A stretch of DNA of 64,000 bases from Octopus sinensis. Its lineage: Eukaryota. Positions 13,075-26,419 of this stretch are shown here, piece by piece (the stretch's first letter is position 1; every line of letters begins with the position of its first letter). The stretch covers positions 14,074,001 to 14,138,000 of the forward strand of contig NC_043014.1 in NCBI RefSeq assembly GCF_006345805.1, given 5' to 3'. A program made the translations under genes and the position numbers. The notes beneath the pieces were generated by a model that was given only the letters and a program-made list of their open reading frames with translations, was not told where the DNA came from and searched no databases.

Positions 13075-13500
13075 CTCATATCAGTTATCAATGTTCTCCA
13101 CCAGGCAGTTTTCAGTCTACCCTTTTTCTTTTCCCCTCTGGAGGTGTCCGTTTCAAAGCTGTTTTAGAATCACATTGTTCTGGTAGCCAGAGTCTATGAC
13201 CTGCTTGTTTTAATCTTCAGTCTGTAATGCTTTTGCTAAATAGTCTTGTGTTGGCTCTATGTAAAATATCTTCATTGGTTATGTGGCCTTGCCAGTATGT
13301 TCTGAGAATCCTTCCACCTGCAGGTTCTGCAATTAGTCTTCTTTTGATGCTTCTCTGTTGCTGTTCCTATTTAATGAAATTGGATTGCTGGTCCAGCACC
13401 CAACCTTCCATTTTTCTTTTTCTGGACTTAGGACTGACATGGTAGGACATACCCACCAGGGTAGAGTTAGTACTTTCTGGTACCAGTTTCTGGTACCACG
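13075..13500 (-). mobile_element. Degenerate RTE ORF2 C-terminal fragment
   Basis: Reverse strand gives GHRLWLPEQCDSKTALKRTPPEGKRKR, resembling the RTE GHVLRM..PKTAL.WTP.GKR motif. Confidence 0.55.
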
Positions 13501-13504
13501 CTGA

Positions 13505-13735
13505 GAGTTGCTGAAGCGTGGAACAAACTGCCGACATCGGTTGTTAGTTGTCGGAGCACTGCTTCCTTCAAGACTTCCATGCTTCCTGAGATTCGCCAAC
13601 ACTACACATGATTTTCTCCCCTCCATACACCCAGACATTTCTACACTACTGCATGTACTTTATATGCACTTTCTGACAAGTTGTGGTGCACCTGAGCACT
13701 GTATACAATAATTTCATTATTATTATTATTATATA
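13505..13735 (+). mobile_element. CR1/L2-like LINE 3' end with (TAT)n tail; further copies at ~28780-29080(+) and 10840-10935(-)
   Basis: VAEAWNKLPTSVVSCRSTASFK matches the CR1 ORF2 terminal WN.LP..VV motif; shared TGTGGTGCACCTGAGCACTGTATACAATAATTTCATTATT. Confidence 0.75.
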
Positions 13736-14676
13736 ATTAGGTGAACTGTGCCATTTGAAGGTTATACGTATTGGATAAGAAGGTAAGTCATAGACACAGA
13801 ATCCAGTGCCAGGTGACCAGATACAAGCTGGAGACATTCCTATTACCTCCTCTACAGACTTAACCACATTAACCAAGTCAGTGAGTAAGTTATATGCAGC
13901 TACTCACTCTGCTAGAAATAGCAACGAAATCTCTTCCAAATCACATCCCAACTATCTTGAGATAAGAGATACGTTAGATAATGGGGTCTTGGATACATAC
14001 TGTGCCTGAGAAAAAAAATAGATAAAATAATCAAGGCTAGATAACATTTAACATGTTAGCGCATGAATAACCTGGGGTCGATAATAAAAATGTCAATTAT
14101 ATGATCATCATACCACCTTCCTCAGCACTCTCTCTCCATAACAAAGTACTAGTAAAAAGACAATTATTATAAGCATTTCTCTCTTTAGCATTTATCATCA
14201 TAATTACTTACATGTATGACAAATAGTCTCCCCACCACCACCATCACCACCACCACCTCCACCACCATTCACTGGGTGATGAGTGTGGAGGTGGGGAGAG
14301 AAATGCTGAGTGAGATGGGATGACACAGTGAGGGATAGTGAAGATTCGTGGTACATACAATGTTCTTAAGTGTGAATGATGTGTTTACTTAAGAGGTGTC
14401 AGCCAGGCTGTGAATGATGTCAAGGACATCCATCATACACAGATATATTAGTGAATGTTTTCATTTAAGGACTTAATGGGAATGTCATAGGGCATTTATT
14501 AATAGTTCACACATGGCTATGTATGTGTGTGCATATTTATGTATATATGTATTCATAGAGAAGCCCCGCCACCTTATTCATATCTGTACACATATGACTA
14601 ATATCCATACAAACACATATATCTGTTGGTCTGGCTGTCCATCCATCTGGCCATCTATCAATCTGTTTATCTATCC

Positions 14677-14877
14677 CAGTGGTTTTCAACCAGGGTTCCG
14701 CCAGTACAGTCCAGGGGTTCCGCAAGAAGTTACAAAACTGCTAAAATCGGCAGTAATTTTTAATTCTCCTGTGCAGATATGTGTGCATAAGACTATTAAA
14801 TTATTGCACAGGGGTTCCTCGAGCCAGTGAAATGTTTCCTTGGGGTTCCGCTCCAGCAAAAAGTTTGAAAAGCACTG
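14677..14877. mobile_element. hAT-type MITE (201 bp)
   Basis: TIRs CAGTGGTTTTCAAC / TTTGAAAAGCACTG with a perfect 8-bp TSD ATCTATCC on both sides. Confidence 0.9.
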
Positions 14878-14939
14878 ATCTATCCTTTCTCTAATCAGGA
14901 AAAGATGCTTTCACTTCAAAGGCTTTCTACAAGGTACTT

Positions 14940-15375
14940 ACTCTCTTTACCCTTTACTCTTTTACTTGTTTCAGTCACTTGACTGCGGCCATGCTGGAGC
15001 ACCGCCTTTAGTCGAGCAAATTGACCCCAGGACTTATTCTATGTAAGCCTAGTACTTATTCTCTCGGCCTTTTTTGCTGAACCGCTAAGTTACGGGGACG
15101 TAAACACAGCAGCATCGGTTGTCAAGCGATGTTGGGGGGTGGGGCAAACACAGACACACAAACATACACACACACACATTCATACATACATACATACGTA
15201 TATATATATATATATATATATGCGACGGGCTTCTTTCAGCTTCCATCTACCAAATCCACTTATAAGGCTTTGGTCAGCCCGAGGCTATAGTAGAAGACAC
15301 TTGTCCAAGGTGCCACGCAGTGGGACTGAACCCGGAACCATGTGGTTTGTAAGCAAGCTACTTACCACACAGCCA
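14940..15375 (-). mobile_element. tRNA-derived SINE family A with internal (TA)n(TG)n
   Basis: Head GGAGTGGCTGTGTGGTAAGTAGCTTGCTTAC..GGTTCAGTCCC; tail GCAGTCAAATGACTGAAACAAGTAAAAGAG. Confidence 0.88.
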
Positions 15376-15541
15376 CTCCTATGCCTACTTGGGAATTTTC
15401 CGCCACAACATCAATTATTTTAATAATTATTTCAAATTTTATTTATTAAGTTATTTATTAAAATATGGTCAAAATCAAGCAGCTATCATAGTAGCCTCAA
15501 ATAGAGTTAAATTAAATCTATCAATCTGTTTATTTATCAAT

Positions 15542-15727
15542 ATAGGCGTAGGAGTGGCTGAGTGGTAAGTAGCTTGCTTACCAACCACATGGTTCTGGAT
15601 TCAGTCCCACTGTGTGGCACCTTGGGTAAGTGTCTTCTACTATAGCCTCAGGCTGACCGAAGCCTTGTGAGTGGATGTGGTAGATGGAAACTGAAAGAAG
15701 CCCGTTGTATATATGTATGTATATATG

Positions 15728-15772
<45 letters not shown>

Positions 15773-16010
15773 TTGTGTGTCTGTGTTTGTGTGTCTGTGT
15801 TTGTGTGTCTGTGTTTGTCCCCCACAACATCTCTTGACAACCGATGCTGGTGTTTTTACATTCCCGTAACTTAGTGGTTCAGCAAAAGAGACCAATAGAA
15901 TAAGTACTAGGCTTTCAAAGAATAAGTCCTGGGGTCGATTAGCTCGACTAAAGGTGGTGCTCCAACATGGCCACAGTCAAATGACTGAAACAAGTAAAAG
16001 AGTAAAAGAG
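15542..16010 (+). mobile_element. SINE family A; further copies at ~17150-17670(+), 24575-24970(-), 39108-39526(+), 55097-55490(-), 60802-61195(+), with partial copies at ~2805, 24100, 27190, 43370, 43640, 49130, 51020, 53770
   Basis: Same head and tail sequences as the adjacent copy. Confidence 0.88.
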
Positions 16011-17442
16011 AAAGAGAGAGTATATGTATGTATGTATGTATGCATGTATGTATGTGTGTGTGTATGTACATGTGTGTGCATGCATGCGCGTGTGTGTGCA
16101 TGCACATGTGCACATGTGTATGTATGCATGCATGCATGCATGTGTGTGTGGGGTGTGTGGGTATATTGTTGATGTCATCATTTTAATTTTTTGCTCATAA
16201 ACACACACATCGCCTGGTCTTAGACTCGAACCCACGATCCTTCTACTGCAAGTCCGCTGCTCCAACCACTAGGCCATGTGATGGCTCATATTGGTTAGCC
16301 ACATGCCACATAGCCATGGCAGATGTGGATATGTGTCACAGAGACAGGGACTAACAGGGTGACTGTTCACAGGGTTGCCTGGGTCAAACTGAACAAATAC
16401 TGACCAACAGTAGATGCGGTGATGTGCTGCAGCAATGCATGCCTTATATCTGGTCTGACCTGACTTGACCTATCTATTGTAATGTGGGAGTTGGTTTTCA
16501 AGATATGTTTATACAGATATTTCGTTTTTGGATTTGGTTTGCAAGATTCTTTATATGAGTTCGTGTGTTGAAGCATATTCTGTTGTGTCTGGGGAGAGTC
16601 ATTTTCTTTTTGTGCCTTATAATGTAACACACTCACCGGTAAAATTTCCACTTATTTCTTATTTTTATTCTCCTAAAATTTTTGTTGCGTCTTGCAACCT
16701 TTTCAATAGTCTTGACTATAGTGTGTTACATTATAAGGCACAAGAAGAAAATGACTCTCTCCAGACACAACAGTTTATACAGATAGATGTGACTTTAATA
16801 TCAGGAATCAGATTAAGGTGGAGTCCTGGCAGAATCATTAGCACACCAGACAAAATGCTTAGCAGCATTTCATCTGTCTTGTTCAAATGACACTGGGGGT
16901 GACTTTGCCCTTTATGCTTTTGGGGTTGATAAAATAAGTACCAGTTAAGTACTGGGGTTGACTGTAATTAATTTACTCCTTCCCTGAAATTGCTGGCCCG
17001 AGCCAAAATTTGAAATCAATATCAGGAATCATTGTTAAAGTTAGGGATGTGTTTCATGTTTATGAAGTAGTTGTTGTTTTTGGTTGGGTATAAACTATTA
17101 GCTGGACACTCTGTTGGTTATGATGACAAGCATTCCAGTTGATACAATCATAGGCGTAGGAGTGGCTGTGTGGTAAGTAGCTTGTTTACCAACCACATGG
17201 TTCCGGGTTCAGTCCCACTGCGTGGCACCTTGGGCAAGTGTCTTCTACTATAGCCTCGGGTCGACCAAAGCCTTGTGAGTGGATTTGGTAGATGGAAACT
17301 GAAAGAAGCCTGTCGTATATATGTATATATATATATATATGTGTGTGTATGTGTGTGTGTGTGTGTGTGTGTATGTTTGTGGATTTGGTATATATGAGTG
17401 GGTTTGGTAGATGGAAACTGAAAGAAGCCTGTCGTATATATG

Positions 17443-17473
<31 letters not shown>

Positions 17474-18034
17474 CTGTGTTTTTCCTCCCAACATCGCTTG
17501 ACAACTGATGCTAGTGTGTTTACGTCACCGTAACTTAGCAGTTCGGCAAAAGAGTCCAATAGAATAAGTACTAGGCTTACAAAGAATAAGTCCTGAGGTC
17601 GATTTGCTTGACTAAAGGCAGTGCTCCAGCATGGTCGCAGTCAAATGACTGAAACAAGTAAAAGAGTAAAAGAGTGACTGAGCTCTCTACAGACACATGT
17701 ACCCTTATTGTAGTTGTCAAGGAGATTCAGTGTGACACCCTGAATGCGACAAGGCTGACCCTTTGAACTCATTTTCGCCAGCTGAGTGGACTGGAGCAAT
17801 GTGAAACAAAGTGTCTTGCTTAAGGACACGATGTGCAGTTTGGAGTTGAACTCATTACCTTACTATTGTGTGACGATTTAGCTTAACCACTGAGCCACAT
17901 ACCCTAAAGACTTATTATTCATTCCGTGAATAGCATAACTTGAAAAATGTCAAGTAGAGAGATTCAGGTTTTGTTCCATGCAGTGACAGATAAGTCTAAT
18001 GATGGATATGTCATACATGCAAATATGATGTTTG

Positions 18035-18618
18035 TGTCATCATCATCGTCATTGTCGTCTTCGTAATATCATCGTCGTCATTATCATCGTCATTGTCATC
18101 ATCATCTTCATTATCGTCATCATTGTCATCATCATCATCATCATTGTCATCATCTTCATCGTCATTGTCATCATTGTCATCATTGTCATCATTGCCATCA
18201 TCATCATCATCATCATCATCATTGTCATCATCGTCATCATTGTCATCATCATCATCATCATTGTCATCATCATCATCATCATTATCATCATTGCCATCAT
18301 CATCATCATTGTCATCATCTTCATCATCATTGTCATCATTGTCATCATTGCCATCATCATCATCATCATCATCCTCATCATCATTGTCATCATCGTCATC
18401 ATTGTCATCATCATCATCATCATTGTCATCATTGCCATCATCATCATCATTGTCTTCATCATCATTGTCATCATCTTCATCATCATTGTCATCATTGCCA
18501 TCATCATCATCATTGTCATCATCATCATCTTCATCATCATCATCATTGTCATCATCGTCATCATTGTCATCATCATCATTGTCATTATCATCATCATCAT
18601 CTTCATCATCATCATCAT
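18035..18618. repeat. Long imperfect (CAT)n microsatellite with TGT/CTT/CGT/GCC interruptions
   Basis: Directly visible. Confidence 0.97.
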
Positions 18619-18659
18619 TATTTCACAGGCATTTTACTATACTCGCTTAAAGAAAGCCA

Positions 18660-19754
18660 TGGCCCTTCCACATGATCCTGTAATTACTTGTAAATTCCCA
18701 AGAACTCTGAAATGTCAGTTTCGACCTCCACCTGGCTTGCGAAAGTTATGTCCCCCAAATGATTCTGTAAACTACGAAACAAATGGTAGTATGAAGGAGC
18801 AAGGTCGGGAGAATAAGGCAGATGAGGAATTTTTTCCCAACCAAGCACTTCGATCTTCTGTGATGTGATCTTTGTAGTGTGGGGTCGCGCATTGTCCTGG
18901 TGAAACATCACTTCTTTTCGATTCACTAAAGCGGGTCTTTTTTCTTCAAAGCTTGGTTCAAATGCTCTAATTGCTGACAGTAGATTTGAGCATTGATTGT
19001 TGCATTTGGTGGTAACAATTCAAAGTGAATTACTCCTTTGCAGTCCCACTTCTCATGAAGTTCCCTTCTCAGTTGTAGTTGAGCTTTTTCCCTTTTACCA
19101 AGCCTCAGTTTATGACATTTAACATTTCAATAGAAGATCCATTTCTTGTAACCAGTCACAAGTCAATCCAAAAAGGGTGAAATGAGTTCACAAGAATGGA
19201 GAGAAGAGCAGATGTCAACTCGGGACTTGCGGTTGCTTTCGGAGGAACCTTTCCAAGTTGTTGAAGATGACAATGAACAGTTGTATGGTTTGAATTAAAC
19301 TTTATTGCCAATTCTTCAACTGATAATGCAGGATTTTCTTCAAGTAATGCCTCAAGGAGTTTATCATCAAACTTAACTGGACGTCCTGTTCGATCTTCAT
19401 CTTCAAGGCAGAAATCTCCACTTTTTTCAAACCATCTTCTGCAAGTTCTTTTATTCAAGCATTCTTTCCCATAAACTGAGTATATGTTTCGAGTCGCTTC
19501 GACTGCAGAGTTTCCTTTTTTGTACTCATAAAGCATTATGTGCCTCAAATGCTCTTTGGATACTTCCATGTTAGAAAAGGTATTAATCAAAGAAATTTTA
19601 ATTCTATTATTCTGTAAAATAATATTTAATTAATTTAAATGTACACAAATGCATAAAAATAATTTTAAATTCCATTAGACATTCTAAAATACTATTAAAT
19701 TTCTTTCAATTTTAAAAAAAGGTAAAATCGGACAAAACTTATGGGATGACCTGA
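18660..19754 (-). mobile_element. Internally deleted, 3'-truncated mariner element
   Basis: 5' TIR TCAGGTCATCCCATAAG with TA at 19755-19756; N-terminus LRHIMLYEYKKGNSAVEATRNI..Y (HTH); catalytic remnants HQDNARPH and HLPYSPDLAPS. Confidence 0.88.
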
Positions 19755-19859
19755 TACTTATTGCCAGCTCTCACCATGCTGACTGTATCTCTGTACATGG
19801 CTTGTATAGACCTCACATACCATTCATCTACCCCTAGTTTCCTTAGCAACTACTGTACT

Positions 19860-20500
19860 CAATAACTGCAACCAACAATGCAAGTTCCATTTTGATAGCT
19901 CTTCTTGACAATGAACACTCATTTGTAAAGTGTTGTATCTGGTCAGTGATTGGTAAGAAAAGTGATGATGTTGGCTCAGCTGTTGATACCAGTTTGTGTG
20001 AATTGATGAATGAGACGATGCATTAGTTCATTGATCTGAGAAAAAAAGATAACAATGCATCTGCTTATTGCTGTTGCCATGGAAGCAATAGCAGCTGTAA
20101 AGAAATTATAGGGTGTTTGGGCTAAATTTGATGATTTTTTTGTCTCCTTTCTTCAGGAGTAGCTTGATGTATTGATGAAGAGTCAATGATGTTGGAGAGC
20201 ATATGGATTAAGGTTATAGTTAGGTAAAAGTTAGTTGTCATGGAGGACTGGAAGCCCTCTTAATATTGGAAAAGAGTAACCTATATCATGATGATTCATG
20301 CTGTGTATCCCAATGCTGACATCATGACTGCTTCTCAATGCTCTGTGGACACTGTAAACGCTGTAAGATGTCACATGGACACTTGCAATGAAAACTATGA
20401 AGTTGTGACCAGCAGGAATGGATACAGCAGGCATTCTGATTGCCTATACGTCAGGAGTTCAACTGATGAACAGGGCTGTAACATGATGAAAGGTCTGTAC
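19860..20500 (-). mobile_element. Highly degenerate RT-encoding LINE fragment
   Basis: Reverse strand IKLLLKKGDKK resembles RT motif 1; the rest is decayed. Confidence 0.4.
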
Positions 20501-20851
20501 CATTGGAGGGTGCAGGGCTTATCCCTTCATCATCATCGTTTAACGTCCGTTTTCCATGCTAGCATGGGTTGGACGGTTCAACCGGGGTCTGGGAAGCCAG
20601 GAGGCTGCACCAGGCTCCAGTCTGATCTGGCAGTGTTTCTACAGCTGGATTCCCTTCTTAACGCCAACCACTCCATGACTGTAGTGGGTGCTTTTTACGT
20701 GCCACCGGCACAGATGCTGGGAGAGGCTGGCAACGGCCTCGATTGGTCGGTGCTTTTTACGTGCCACTCTTACATTAAATTATTTGTTGAAGGAAAAGCC
20801 AAGACTTCAAATATCTTCAACAGCATAAATAATTTTTATTTTTTGAATTCG

Positions 20852-20897
<46 letters not shown>

Positions 20898-20904
20898 ATA
20901 AAAT

Positions 20905-22026
20905 AATATAAGAGAGTGGTCACTATATGGCTCACTCTAGCACCAGTTAATCCAAAAGGTTTCAACCACTAAAAATACATGTTTCCCATGAAAGTCAGTA
21001 CGATTGTTAGCTCACACGGACAGGGCAAATAAAAAATAACAAAAATACAGATTATTTTGGGACAATTGTTTCGCTATTAATGAATTAAATGTAATTTTAC
21101 TTACAAAAAAATCCACTTGTAGCTCATCGGCCAAAACTATCTGGATGAAATCCACTCAATCACACGCCAGATTTTACCATAACGATAAATACGCGTGTGG
21201 TTCAATTGATTACATCCGACGTTATAATTCAAATGCCCCAACTAACAGCGCGCCAAACTTTCACGGAAAACAAATACAGCATTTAGAAATAAATGCAGCA
21301 TAATTATAATTAATTAATAAGGGTGAGAGAATTAGATACTAATTTAATAGTATATCCATTCAACACCAAGTGGCCTAGTGCTCCGAGAAACCTGGATTAT
21401 TATAATATTTTATAATATATTATAATATTTTTACAAAATAAATATAAGAGAGTGGTCACTATATGGCTCACTCTAGCACCAGTTAATCCAATTATAATTA
21501 TGCTGCATTTATTTCTAAATGCTGTATTTGTTTTCCGTGAAAGTTTGGCGCGCTGTTAGTTGGGGCATTTGAATTATAACGTCGGATGTAATCAATTGAA
21601 CCACACGCGTATTTATCGTTATGGTAAAATCTGGCGTGTGATTGAGTGGATTTCATCCAGATAGTTTTGGCCGATGAGCTACAAGTGGATTTTTTTGTAA
21701 GTAAAATTACATTTAATTCATTAATAGCGAAACAATTGTCCCAAAATAATCTGTATTTTTGTTATTTTTTATTTGCCCTGTCCGTGTGAGCTAACAATCG
21801 TACTGACTTTCATGGGAAACATGTATTTTTAGTGGTTGAAACCTTTTGGATTAACTGGTGCTAGAGTGAGCCATATAGTGACCACTCTCTTATATTTATT
21901 TTGTAAAAATATTATAATATATTATAAAATATTATAATAATCCAGGTTTCTCGGAGCACTAGGCCACTTGGTGTTGAATGGATATACTATTAAATTAGTA
22001 TCTAATTCTCTCACCCTTATTAATTA
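20905..22026. repeat. Permuted inverted repeat a-B-C-a-B'-a'-C' between (AT)n tracts
   Basis: a=20905-20954 and 21441-21490; B=20955-21310; C=21311-21440; 21491-22026 is the reverse complement of C-a-B. Confidence 0.9.
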
Positions 22027-22079
22027 ATTATATATATATATATATATATCATCAACATCGTCATCTTCTTCTTCTTCTA

Positions 22080-22510
22080 CTTCTCCACCTTCCACCCCTT
22101 AACCTTGTCACTAATGTCTTTCAGTATAACGCCTACGCAAATTCCATAAACAATTCCTGAATTGAACTGCGACTACTGTCAGCCACTGACCATTCAAAAT
22201 ACGACCATTAAGGCATTCCCAGATTTCCCCACCCCCTCTCCACATCAGCCTCATTATTCTTCACCTATCCTACCAAGAACTCAAAACGACCTCGAACACA
22301 CAAGTGCAAACAAGGGAGTCAGAGAAAGGCAGAATGCTACTTATATCTGAACACTACTACAGAAATATTCTTTTAAAAAAACTTTTCTTCTAATTTTTCT
22401 AAATCTAATTATTTAATCGTTACAGTTGAAAAGGTCTCAAAATGACCGAAACCGGTACTGAAAGATTCACTATAAAATCATCTTAGCATTTTCTATTTTT
22501 GACTTGTTTT
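22080..22510 (+). mobile_element. Possible Penelope-like element 3' remnant with a degenerate minimal hammerhead core
   Basis: cag-TTGAAAA-GGTC-tcaaaat-GACC-GAAA-CCGG-TA-ctg at 22423-22460. Confidence 0.45.
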
Positions 22511-25500
22511 TTCATATATATATATATATATATATATTTCCTTCTGTAGCCATGGAGCTAGTCACAGTAGTTAAATGGTTTGAACCAAATCCTGTCTCAT
22601 TGGGAAGTTTTGCTGCTGCTAGTTCTCTGCGTATGCGCATGAGGGAACTTCTGGCAGGCCTCGCGGAAGAATCCAATTTTGTACATGCGTACTGAAGACT
22701 TCCAAAATGGTCTCACTACAGAGCCTTAGGCTCAATTCAGATGGGTATGTGAAGCTGGGAGGGACTGTGGTCAAACCCTGGGGGATGAGGGTTGCTGCTG
22801 GAAGGGCACATATATGGTAGTAGGATTCGGCTCCTTGCTGTACCTCTGGAAAGAGTCAGAAGTGATTGTCATGGGGTATTGTGTTTTCTTTTCCTTTTAT
22901 GGAAACTGTCAAATTTAACCCAAGCATCATGTGTATGCACTAGCATTTGGTCTAGAAAGAGATGAGAAGGGTTGAGAAAGGATTGAACCAGTGCCAGCCA
23001 GTCTGAAGAAGGTAAACAACTTGAATAAAATCAAATTGTAAATCTGTGGATTAACACTCATTTCACAATTGCCACAAATATAGTGACATGTAATAATCAT
23101 CTTCTAAACAAAATAAAACTGAATTGAATTTCTTATTTCTTTATTGCCCACAAGGGGCTACACACAGAGGGGACAAACAAGGAGAGACAAACGGATTAAG
23201 TCGATTATATCAACCCCAGTGCGTAACTGGTACTTATTTAATCGATCCCAAAAGGATGAAAAGCAAAATCGACCTTGGCAGAATTTTAACTCAGAACGTA
23301 GCGGCAGATGAAATACCGCTAAACATTTCGCCTGGCGTGCTAATGATTCTGCATGCTCACTGCCTTATAAAACTGAACTGAATTTCTGGTGACAGGTATA
23401 TATTATAACAGGAAAGGTGGCGAGCTGGCAGAAACATTAGCATACTGGGCGAAATGTGTAGCCTTATTTCATCTGCCGTTACGTTCTGAGTTCAAATTCC
23501 GCCGAGGTCGACTTTGCCCTTCATCCTTTTGGAGTCGATTAAATAAGTATCAGTTATGCACTGGGGCCGATATAACCGACTTAATCCATTTGTCTGTCCT
23601 TGTTTGTCCTCTCTGCGTTTAGCCCCTTGTGGGTAGTACAGAAATAGGTATACATTATAACAGGAAGTCTGCAGTCTGCTGTCTGTTACTGCAACAATGA
23701 AGAATACGAAGATGGGTGACGACTGGTTGAAGACAGCTGTGAGACAGGGTGTTGTCTGGTCAATGGCAGCTGGTCCAAAGATGACAAAGAGTGGGAGAAA
23801 CTGGTGTTTATATAACCATGGCATGGCTCCATGGGCAAAGATGATTTTACCTGAGTTGGGGACAAACTGTTGCAAATACCCAATTGAACAGTTAAAATCA
23901 ACCAATACCTGCAACTAATTTGGTCAACAATGGGGTCATGTGACTTGATGATAAGAAAAGCTTTGGTGAGCCTCATTTCCAGTATTTAAGCTTAAACAGC
24001 CACATTGGCAAGATGTTTAATTTTACAATAAAATGAATGTATTAAACAGTTCTGCTACGTCATCATCAGATGGTTATCTGTAATATGGATTGTCATACAG
24101 ATGGCTTACCTTTTACTTGCTTCAGTCAGTGGACTGCAGTCATGCTGGGGGCACTATCTCAAAGGGTTTTAGTTGAACAAATTGACTCCAGTACTTATTT
24201 TTTAAAGCTAGGTATTTATTATATCAATCTCTTTTGTCAAACCTCTAAGTCACAGGAATGTAAACAAACCAATACCACCTGTCAAGTGGTGGTGTGGGAT
24301 GGGGGACCACACACGCGTACACACACGCACACACACACACATGCCCATACACTCGCACGATGGCCTTCTTTCAGCTTTCGTCTACCAAATTTCTTTTTGA
24401 GGCTTTAGTCAAGCTGGATCTATAGTAGAAGAGAATTGCCCAAGGTGACATGCAGTGGGATTGAACCCAAGACCACATGGTTGGGAAGCAAGCTCCTTTT
24501 CCTCCAGCCATGCCAGCGCCTACCTGTTATAAAAACCAAAAAAAGAAAGCAAACATTTGGCAGTTTATCATATCTATACTCTGTTACTTGTTTCAGTCAT
24601 TTGACTGCGGCTATGCTGGAGCACCGCCTTTAGTTGAGCAAATCGATTCCAGGATTTATTCTTTGGAAGCCTAGTACTTATTCTATCGGTCTCTCTTGCC
24701 GAATCGCTAAGTTACACGGACGTAAATACACCAGCATCGGTTGTCAAGCGATGTTGGGGGGACAGACACAGACACACAAACATATACACACACATACATA
24801 TATATACATATACGACAGGCTTCTTTCAGTTTCCGTCTACTAAATCCACTCACAAGGCTTTGGTCAGCCCGAGGCTATAGTAGAAAACACTTGCCCAAGG
24901 TGTCACGCAGTGGGACTGAACCTGAAACCATGTGGTTTGTAAGCAAGCAACTTACCACACAGCCACGCCTATCCCTATCACAGCCATTCTACTATTATAA
25001 TTCCATTCACATCTCGGACGCATTAGAAAATATAAATTGGTCATAGTAACTTGAATGGTGCTTTATTTTATCAGTTACAGAAGGACGAGAAAGATTGTGG
25101 TTTCGATTCCTGGACCGGGTGGTGCATTATATTCTTTAACAAAACCCATCATTTCACGTTGCTCCATGTTCACTCGGCAATAAATGAGTAACTCTGCGGT
25201 GAACTGGCGTCCCGTTCAAGTGCAGTGTTGTTATCTCGGGATACGTCGTGGAAAACGGGTGACTGGCCTATGAGTCCTATGCCTTGAAACGGTAATATCC
25301 AGGGGTTACCATCATATTTTACCTTTACAAAAAGACAAAAGGCAAGGTTCTGGCGGTTTTGTGTTAGAAAATTCTTTAAAGGCTAAATAACTTAGTTATA
25401 GATAATGATAACTTATTTGTTATATGAATACCTAACTATTAAGTTTTAATGTTGCAACAATGAAAATATGTAGCGAAAAAGAACGTCGATCAGATATATT

Positions 25501-26419
25501 GGGCATCAGTTATGTATGGGAGATAACTCTTCGTGACTTCATTGATTATGAGTGTGCATCTATTGATTTCCCTTGGCCAACCTTAAGAAGGAAGTGACAC
25601 AGCTGAAATAACAATCTAGATTCCCCTCTCCTTTACACACACACACACATCTATGTGTGTGTATATAAGTATATATCACACACACTCAAATAACATGGCA
25701 CATTTCTATCAATTTCTACTTACATTTCCAAGCACTATTTTATTGCATATTTATTCAATATTCCAGTATTATTTTATTGATATTAAAGTGACAAGCTGGC
25801 AGAATTGTTAGCATGCCGGATAAGATGCTTAGCGGCATATCACCTGTTTTTACATTGTGAGTTCAAGTTCCACCAAGGTCAACTTTGCCTTTTCTCCTTC
25901 CAGAGTCAATAAAAAAAGTACCGGTCTAGTGCTGAGGTTGATGTTGTAGCATGCCTGTACTAGCATTAGTTTAAAACATACATTTAAATCACAAAATAGG
26001 CTCAAATGACACTGTAAATTTACAGCTCTATTCGATCTGTGATTATCTGAATAAACAGGCTCCCTCTACTACATCCAAACAGTCTCCCTATTATGTCCAA
26101 TTGTCACTTATATAATGTGGCAGTGAGGTCGACTTTGCCTTTCATCCTTTCGGGGTTGATAATATAAAGCACCAGTTTCACACTGGAGTCGACTTAATCC
26201 CTTTGTCTGTCTTTGTTTGTCCCTTCTGTGTTTAGCACCTTGTGGGTAGTAAAGAAATTTATATAATGTGGCAGTGTCCATGTTTAATTGAGTTCCTTTC
26301 CTCTGTTTTTCTAAGGACTCCTGACTTGTAGTTTGGTGCTATCACATTTGGAAGGGAGGTGTGTAGCATGTGATCATCTCATCAATAGTGACTGAAAAAG
26401 ATGAGCGGAGAATCTGCAT

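Noticed and set aside
18032-18868. Long poly-Ile, poly-Met and poly-Ser ORFs
   Set aside because: They are reading frames through a (CAT)n microsatellite, with no splice context or non-repetitive coding signal.
20288-20857. 189-aa plus-strand ORF
   Set aside because: It is a chance frame across a decayed LINE fragment and an RTE 3'-end repeat.
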